The notes below the pieces were generated by a model. That model was given only the letters and a program-made list of their open reading frames with translations. It was not told the DNA's origin and did not search any database. This document shows positions 8,794 through 13,855 of a DNA stretch of 13,855 nucleotides, in pieces (positions within the stretch are counted from its first letter, which is position 1; each line of letters starts with the position of its first letter). Source of the stretch: Candidatus Hodarchaeota archaeon (GTDB lineage Archaea; Asgardarchaeota; Heimdallarchaeia; Hodarchaeales; Hodarchaeaceae). Location: assembly GCA_016840035.1 (NCBI GenBank), contig JAEOTC010000256.1, forward strand, positions 1-13,855. The letters are read 5' to 3'. Position numbers and translations under genes: made by a program.

Positions 8794-10476
8794 TCAATTG
8801 GGGGGTTTGAAATCCCGTCGTAAATGAGTAAACATAGGAACATAGAGTAGAGGAACCCAATCTTTGGGATTTGGTCGCCAACGACCAACAACGGCCTTAA
8901 CCTCTTCACCTTCAGTGAAGTTACAGATTTTAGGATTGTAATTGAAACCACGGACCATTTTTTGATCAAACATAGCCCAATACGGATTCCCAGGTTGACC
9001 AGCTGATTTTTTGGTGGAAGGATTGTAGAAGTGCACTTTGGTAATTTTGGCTCGTTTAGGAATATTAACGGTTTCTAACGTCTCACCACATATCCTTTTG
9101 GCATCAGAGCTATCTTTTTTAATACCACGTAAGCATTTACCCTTAAGTTGTTCGAATTTCTTAGGAGGAGCAAAATCTGGGAAATTTTCTTTACTCCAGC
9201 TATCCCCAAAATAGACTGCACCACATTTGGGACACCCTTCAACTTCATAATACTCTTCCGATATAGCGTCATATTCAATTAGAGCAATATGTTTAGCTGC
9301 GTTATCGGGATTGTCTCTGAACTTAATATAATCCTCAACAGAGATTTTCTGTTTATATTCGATCTGTTCTTGAACCGTTGGAACACGAGTATTAGCTGCT
9401 TTCGAACCATTCTTTTTTACATTAATACTAATGACATCGGAACCAGCACCTGATCCATACAGAACAGTCATAATTTCATCCCCTGCGTTCGCTTTTTCAA
9501 TGGCATCACATAGAGCCGTTGGAACTGTGGCAGAATATCCATTGGCAATATTCGGGGCAAGATTAGAAACTTTCACTTCGGGTTTGATACCCAACATTCG
9601 ACCATCTTCGTCAAATTCTTTCTTCGCTAGCGTAATACCAAAGTGATTAGAGACATCCAGTAATGCCTCATTTGGGAAGGAACCATTAGGACTATGGATA
9701 ACCCAAGTTTTATTGGGAAGACATTTGGGGTCAATATCATAACGTTCGACGTGCTTCCTCACTGCAGATAAGATCATTCCGCGGAACGCGAGACTGGTAC
9801 CTTGGCCTTCATGTTCAGGGAAGCTCATACCTTCTTTTCGAACGAAATCAGAAAAGTCATAGTTGATCGAGGTTCGGCCTTTGAGTTCTGCTATCCCATT
9901 ATCTTTTCCTAAAATGATTGTGGTTGAATAAAAGGACGCAGAAAATTCGAGATCATCTCCAGGAGCTCCTTGAGAGGCATCGGTTGCAGTAATTGCAACA
10001 TATCTACAACGATCCGCATCGATTAATGCCGCACCAATTTCTAAGAACTCTCCGAAGGGTTTACAGGCAAATTCACCGCGGACACCGAAGCGTAGATTTG
10101 TCAGACCTGCTTTTCCAGCAATAGCCGTACTCGATTTAACTGCATAAGGATAAGATTCGGAAACAACAAACAACGCATCAATTTGCGTTGGGTCGATCTT
10201 TGCACGCTTAACAGCATAATTCAAACTTTGAATTCCTGCAGTTAAAGCATCTTCATTAGGGCCAGGGACAATTTTCTCTCGCAATAAGAGACGTTGGTTA
10301 TACACCCACCGAACAGAACGTAATGCTTTCCCTCTGAAACGGTTAACGGTGTCTTTCATCATGCGAAATGCGGTCTTATAATGCAATTGCGACATGGAAT
10401 GATAATGATCAACTAACTCCTCAATTTCCAGCCGATTGGCAGGAATAAATGAAGCGATTGATTTTATTTCAGCCAT
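8794..10476 (-). CDS. Divergent archaeal-type hydroxymethylglutaryl-CoA synthase-like protein fused to a C-terminal DUF35-like Zn-ribbon/OB-fold domain
   Basis: NEDALT, SESYPYAVK (E107), EFACK (C138), DASQGAPGDDLE, HSPNG (H261), YGSGAGSD match archaeal HMGCS over aa 1-~390. aa ~405-552 carry CPKCGAVYF..PP..C..CGETLE...PY...GEEVKAVV.R...LLYVPMF, the DUF35 pattern. Confidence 0.85.
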   Translation of the reverse strand: MAEIKSIASFIPANRLEIEELVDHYHSMSQLHYKTAFRMMKDTVNRFRGKALRSVRWVYNQRLLLREKIVPGPNEDALTAGIQSLNYAVKRAKIDPTQIDALFVVSESYPYAVKSSTAIAGKAGLTNLRFGVRGEFACKPFGEFLEIGAALIDADRCRYVAITATDASQGAPGDDLEFSASFYSTTIILGKDNGIAELKGRTSINYDFSDFVRKEGMSFPEHEGQGTSLAFRGMILSAVRKHVERYDIDPKCLPNKTWVIHSPNGSFPNEALLDVSNHFGITLAKKEFDEDGRMLGIKPEVKVSNLAPNIANGYSATVPTALCDAIEKANAGDEIMTVLYGSGAGSDVISINVKKNGSKAANTRVPTVQEQIEYKQKISVEDYIKFRDNPDNAAKHIALIEYDAISEEYYEVEGCPKCGAVYFGDSWSKENFPDFAPPKKFEQLKGKCLRGIKKDSSDAKRICGETLETVNIPKRAKITKVHFYNPSTKKSAGQPGNPYWAMFDQKMVRGFNYNPKICNFTEGEEVKAVVGRWRPNPKDWVPLLYVPMFTHLRRDFKPPN

Positions 10477-10887
10477 AAACTACAAATCCAAATTTATTTA
10501 GATTACATAAAAAATTCTTGTTTTTAGGGGTTAAAGATACTTCACTTTCTATCCTATTGGCAGGAAAAAACGAGGCGGTCGATTTCGTCACTACCATACG
10601 ATTAACCTTGCAGAGTATTTACCTATACTAAAGAGCACCAAATATAAAACTGCCAGAGGCCGTTATAGTTGCTGTTCTTCAGATGTAAAATTCCTTCGAT
10701 TTGTATAAAAAAGGTTTCTGAAGACTTTACTCCACAAAATATGGGTGTTTGCACAGGGTTTGCAATTAAATCTCATAGTTTACTACTCGATAATTCATTT
10801 GTATATGCAAAATACATGAAAAAAGTTGTATCTCAGATATATTTCTTCTTAAAGGATAAAGTCGATGATGTATCTATTTCCTTTCTT

Positions 10888-11154
10888 TTACGCATAGGAG
10901 ATTAGGAAAATAAGTACAGAAACGATTCCTCCAAGAAGATAAAATCTACGAGATAAGAGTAATTTTTCACTAATGATATGAATTGTTATTTGTGCACTAA
11001 CTCCAAACTCTAATGCATCGAATTCAGGACGATCCTCTTCCTTAGGATCCAACCATTTAAAGCGATAGTATACAATACTTAAAATAAAAATGATAAAGAA
11101 TCCTATAAACAGACTAATAACTATTCTTGCAAAAAGAAGTCCAATTGTTTGCAT
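10888..11154 (-). CDS. Small membrane protein (two TM), unknown function
   Basis: 88 aa with hydrophobic N- and C-terminal segments; Shine-Dalgarno GGAGGT (plus-strand acctcc, 11161-11166) 6 nt before the ATG. Confidence 0.7.
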   Translation of the reverse strand: MQTIGLLFARIVISLFIGFFIIFILSIVYYRFKWLDPKEEDRPEFDALEFGVSAQITIHIISEKLLLSRRFYLLGGIVSVLIFLISYA

Positions 11155-11244
11155 TTCTAAACCTCCTAGAGGGAGACGAAGGATAACGACTTCGTAACTT
11201 ATAATAGGATATTGATATCGGAAGTACCAAACAAAAATAGGCTA

Positions 11245-11808
11245 TTATTCTTTGAGAAATTTTTTTTGAATTTCCATTGAAATCTGGGTAGGATGCCAGG
11301 GAATATTTGCTAAATCCTGTTTTCCTTCTTCAATGGTGAGGTGTAGAATACTTAGCAGACCTATATCAAAAAATTCAGATAAAACAGGTTTTAAATTCAT
11401 TTCTGTAGGAATTAGTGACTTAAAATACTCGATATTTAGTGATTCGAAGAATTTATTGTAATTTATAGCTGTTGACACCGTTTTTTGTCCACCAGTTGTA
11501 TAGTATTGCGTATTATCGAGAATCAGGATCCGTAAATTTTTGGGGCGATAGAAAGCTGTAGTAATTAAGGATCCAAATCCCATCAGCAAATTTCCATCTC
11601 CTGTTATGACGGTTACTCGTTTATCTGAGTTCATCACAGCCAAACCTAATCCAACTCCAACTGGTAAACCCATGGATCCCCGTAGATATACCTGGGGTTT
11701 TGTAAGAAGATGGTACACTTCTCGACTGATGTTCCCATTGGAGCTGACTAAGAGATCATCTTCGGTGAGATAATCCTTCAAACATGCAATGACTTCATAT
11801 CCCCTCAT
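11245..11808 (-). CDS. TPP-dependent decarboxylase beta subunit (sulfopyruvate decarboxylase ComE / split phosphonopyruvate decarboxylase)
   Basis: SSNGNISRE, YLRGSMGL, TPP-binding GDGNLLM...ILDN, TTGGQKT. Confidence 0.88.
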   Translation of the reverse strand: MRGYEVIACLKDYLTEDDLLVSSNGNISREVYHLLTKPQVYLRGSMGLPVGVGLGLAVMNSDKRVTVITGDGNLLMGFGSLITTAFYRPKNLRILILDNTQYYTTGGQKTVSTAINYNKFFESLNIEYFKSLIPTEMNLKPVLSEFFDIGLLSILHLTIEEGKQDLANIPWHPTQISMEIQKKFLKE

Positions 11809-12320
11809 TCAGATAACACCCCTTTTTTTACCATTACTACTACTGGTAATGATTGTGTATTCATTTCCGTAATTGCTTCCTGCATAATTTTTTGCCACCA
11901 TTCTTCTTTTAAATACCAATATTTTAATTTCAAAGTTTCTAGGAGCGGATCATTTATATCTCCCATAATCGAGTGTTCGGGAAAATCGATATCATCTTCT
12001 AGTCCTCTACTACTTATCAGCAGCATCATAGGTAGTTGATACAATTGGACTAATGATGTTAATGCGTCACCTATATTTCCTATTCCACTATTTTGCATAT
12101 AAACTAGTGCCCGTTTTCTGGATAACGCAGCTCCCGTAGCAATGGCTATTGCTTCATCTTCACGGGTGGCAATTAAGTGTTTGATAGTTAAACCTTCTTC
12201 TTGTTTGGCTAAAGTGGCCAAGAGATTCTTAAAATAAGAACAGGGAACCCCTGACACTAGGTCAAAATTCTCTTCAATAAATTTGATAAATTCAGATATA
12301 TCGATCATTTTCCACATCAC
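11805..12320 (-). CDS. TPP-dependent decarboxylase alpha subunit (ComD / split phosphonopyruvate decarboxylase)
   Basis: SGVPCSYF, TREDEAIAIATGA, MQNSGIGN, SLVQLYQLP, SRG...PEH..MG; ATGA overlap with the beta subunit. True start may be ATG 12308. Confidence 0.88.
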   Translation of the reverse strand: MMWKMIDISEFIKFIEENFDLVSGVPCSYFKNLLATLAKQEEGLTIKHLIATREDEAIAIATGAALSRKRALVYMQNSGIGNIGDALTSLVQLYQLPMMLLISSRGLEDDIDFPEHSIMGDINDPLLETLKLKYWYLKEEWWQKIMQEAITEMNTQSLPVVVMVKKGVLSE

Positions 12321-12332
12321 TCAATAATTGTT

Positions 12333-12545
12333 TCAGTGCATTTCCCTATCAGGGATAGGTTTATACCTCTTACTTTTTTGGGTTATCAATAGGCCTAATA
12401 TGAAAGTAAAAACGAAAAAGATTCCAGGAATAATGCTAAATTCGAAAATTACTAGCAAAATGAAAGAAAAAATTGAAACCACTAGGCCAAGATTAAACAG
12501 AAATAGTTTAACATAGATTTGGACATCAGCGGATAAGATTTTCAA
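12333..12545 (-). CDS. Small two-TM hypothetical protein
   Basis: 70 aa, two hydrophobic helices then a basic tail (QKSKRYKP); ends 12 nt before the decarboxylase alpha gene on the same strand. Confidence 0.55.
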   Translation of the reverse strand: MKILSADVQIYVKLFLFNLGLVVSIFSFILLVIFEFSIIPGIFFVFTFILGLLITQKSKRYKPIPDREMH

Positions 12546-12659
12546 TTAATTCATTTCTGATTTTACAAAATCTTTCATATAAAGATATCCCCATCTAGTG
12601 ATTACCTGGGAAAAATGGCCAATGCACATCCTACACATGGTCTAAGTACTTGGTTTATC

Positions 12660-13355
12660 TCATTTAATAAGAAATGGAAAGATGGAATATCCTGTCCAAA
12701 ATAAGGGAACTAGATTTAGCAGAAAGTGGGGAATAAACGTATACACCATATTATTGGATTCTCGCCAAGCTAGAATATGAATATACCCTGATAGAGAAGT
12801 TAATAGAATGAAAATTACTCCGAAAATACTATCGGCCATCACAGGGTCCAAAAATTCCACCCAAAACAAGGTGTGTATGGTTCCAACAAATGCCGTAAAT
12901 AAGAGAAATCCAACAATTCTGTTGATCCAAACCCAACTTCTTGTCGAATATTGCTCTTTAGATGGAGCATATAAATCCCATGAATCGTACAAATAAATCC
13001 AAAGTAATTGTTCTGAAGCGGCATTTATCGGAGCCCAGATTAAACCAGTGAAGATAGCTCCTGTAAAATTGGGTACCACATCCATATTCCGAGCCAAAAA
13101 TGCAAACACTAAAGCAAGGCCAATCACTATTACGTTAACCACGAATGCTCGTGGGATTAAAATTTTAGTTTTCAGAGAATAGCCAGAATTCCCGCGTCTC
13201 CAAATAGAAATTCCCCACGCTACTCCATAATATATAATCAAGGGAATCAGTGCTCCTGATGTAAAATAAAGTATTCTTGCGAGAATTGGAAGGATTAGCA
13301 CGATAAGAACAGCTAAGAGTAAGTCAAATCTATTTGGGTTCCAACGGGTTTCCAT
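12660..13355 (-). CDS. CPBP (Rce1/Abi-like) intramembrane glutamic protease-like protein, divergent
   Basis: About 7 TM; AASEQLLW (variant of EExxxR), FVGTIH, HFLLN (HxxxN). Confidence 0.6.
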   Translation of the reverse strand: METRWNPNRFDLLLAVLIVLILPILARILYFTSGALIPLIIYYGVAWGISIWRRGNSGYSLKTKILIPRAFVVNVIVIGLALVFAFLARNMDVVPNFTGAIFTGLIWAPINAASEQLLWIYLYDSWDLYAPSKEQYSTRSWVWINRIVGFLLFTAFVGTIHTLFWVEFLDPVMADSIFGVIFILLTSLSGYIHILAWRESNNMVYTFIPHFLLNLVPLFWTGYSIFPFLIK

Positions 13356-13437
13356 AAACCAACAAGCACCAGGATCTTAATAAGGATTGTCAAGAAGAAA
13401 ATGTGTATCCTAATAATTAAGCAATCAATAGAAGATA

Positions 13438-13496
13438 AGGAGCAGGTCGATTACAATACCCCCGTATTGAGCTAAGTATTTGGAACTTATGCTCCT
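13438..13496. other. Compact three-way-junction inverted-repeat element
   Basis: AGGAGCA(13438-44)/TGCTCCT(13490-96), CAATAC(13454-59)/GTATTG(13464-69), TAAGT(13473-77)/ACTTA(13485-89): 18 Watson-Crick pairs in 59 nt, entirely intergenic. Confidence 0.5.
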
Positions 13497-13498
13497 GA

Positions 13499-13855
13499 TT
13501 AGGATTTTCTTTGTGCAAGAATACGAATATTCTTATCGATATCTGGATCCATAAAACTGGAGAATTTCAGAATATGAAAACCACAAGATTTAATCATGTT
13601 TTGAAGATTATGGATTGAATCTTCAGCAATATCAATAAATTTGTCATCTGAGTATTCATATGCCCCTATAGTTATCAAAAAATAACCCAGAGGTTTGAGA
13701 ATGTAATGAAACGAATCAAATAGCGATTTAAACTCCAACATACCCTCCTTCTCTGTCACAAAGATAGCAAGAATGGATGTGATACCATCGAATGAATTCG
13801 GTGAAAAACAACGAAGATCTTCAAAGAAATTACCTTTTACAAATTTAACTAAGTA
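13499..13855 (-). CDS. C-terminal part of a class I SAM-dependent methyltransferase (5'-truncated by window edge)
   Basis: Frame is open from 13855: YLVKFVKGNFFEDLRCFSPNSFDGITSILAIF continuing into ...FHYILKPLGYFLITI; FxxGNF, SFDGI and LKPxG are methyltransferase motifs. Confidence 0.75.
   Translation of the reverse strand, partial: YLVKFVKGNFFEDLRCFSPNSFDGITSILAIFVTEKEGMLEFKSLFDSFHYILKPLGYFLITIGAYEYSDDKFIDIAEDSIHNLQNMIKSCGFHILKFSSFMDPDIDKNIRILAQRKS

Noticed and set aside
8730-9646. ORFs 8730-8969, 9075-9278 and 9431-9646
   Set aside because: Alternate-frame or antisense overlaps of the HMGCS-DUF35 gene.
10558-10655. 5S rRNA, because of the TGGCAG/CTGCCA terminal helix
   Set aside because: Too short (98 nt) and lacks the conserved 5S loop motifs such as CCGAAC.
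10669-10905. 78-aa plus-strand ORF in the intergenic region
   Set aside because: TTG start, no ribosome-binding site, no motif, overlaps the 3' end of the opposite gene; cannot be fully excluded.
12321-12335. UGA readthrough fusing the 70-aa protein in frame to the decarboxylase alpha subunit
   Set aside because: Two in-frame TGA codons intervene and no SECIS-like element is evident.
12328-13024. ORFs 12328-12516, 12808-12996 and 12839-13024
   Set aside because: Shadows of hydrophobic minus-strand genes.
13438-13496. tRNA or tRNA remnant (7-bp closing stem, TAGCTCAA and TCGA on the minus strand)
   Set aside because: Only 59 nt, no anticodon arm, no GTTCRA T-loop, arms in the wrong arrangement.
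1-13855. CRISPR array, transposase, integrase or prophage
   Set aside because: No regularly spaced DNA repeats or mobile-element proteins seen; the only periodicity is the protein-level LRR.

Overview
AT-rich (roughly one-third GC by eye), gene-dense prokaryotic window, very probably archaeal. The archaeal-type HMG-CoA synthase, a stand-alone 23-aa leucine-rich-repeat protein and the compact overlapping operons suggest an Asgard archaeon; that lineage is inferred, not proven. Left to right: the 3' end of a YbjT-like SDR/DUF2867 gene, a multi-TM protein fused to a PNPOx-like split-barrel domain, a second soluble PNPOx-like protein and a DinB protein (one + operon); a divergent arsR/acr3 arsenite-efflux pair; EamA transporter plus SAM methyltransferase (-); LRR protein, NIPA-like DMT transporter and Fpg/Nei glycosylase (+); a 560-aa divergent HMG-CoA synthase with a C-terminal DUF35-like Zn-ribbon/OB-fold domain (-) behind a long, stem-rich upstream region; a small membrane protein, a split TPP-dependent (phosphono/sulfo)pyruvate decarboxylase, a second small membrane protein, a CPBP-like membrane protein and the 3' end of another methyltransferase (-). 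No rRNA, tRNA, CRISPR or transposase was recognised. The most interesting item is the HMGCS-DUF35 fusion, which keeps its catalytic triad, has an altered pocket and has no adjacent thiolase. Next come the membrane-anchored split-barrel operon, the split decarboxylase with no pathway partners nearby, and two intergenic multi-stem elements sharing short motifs.
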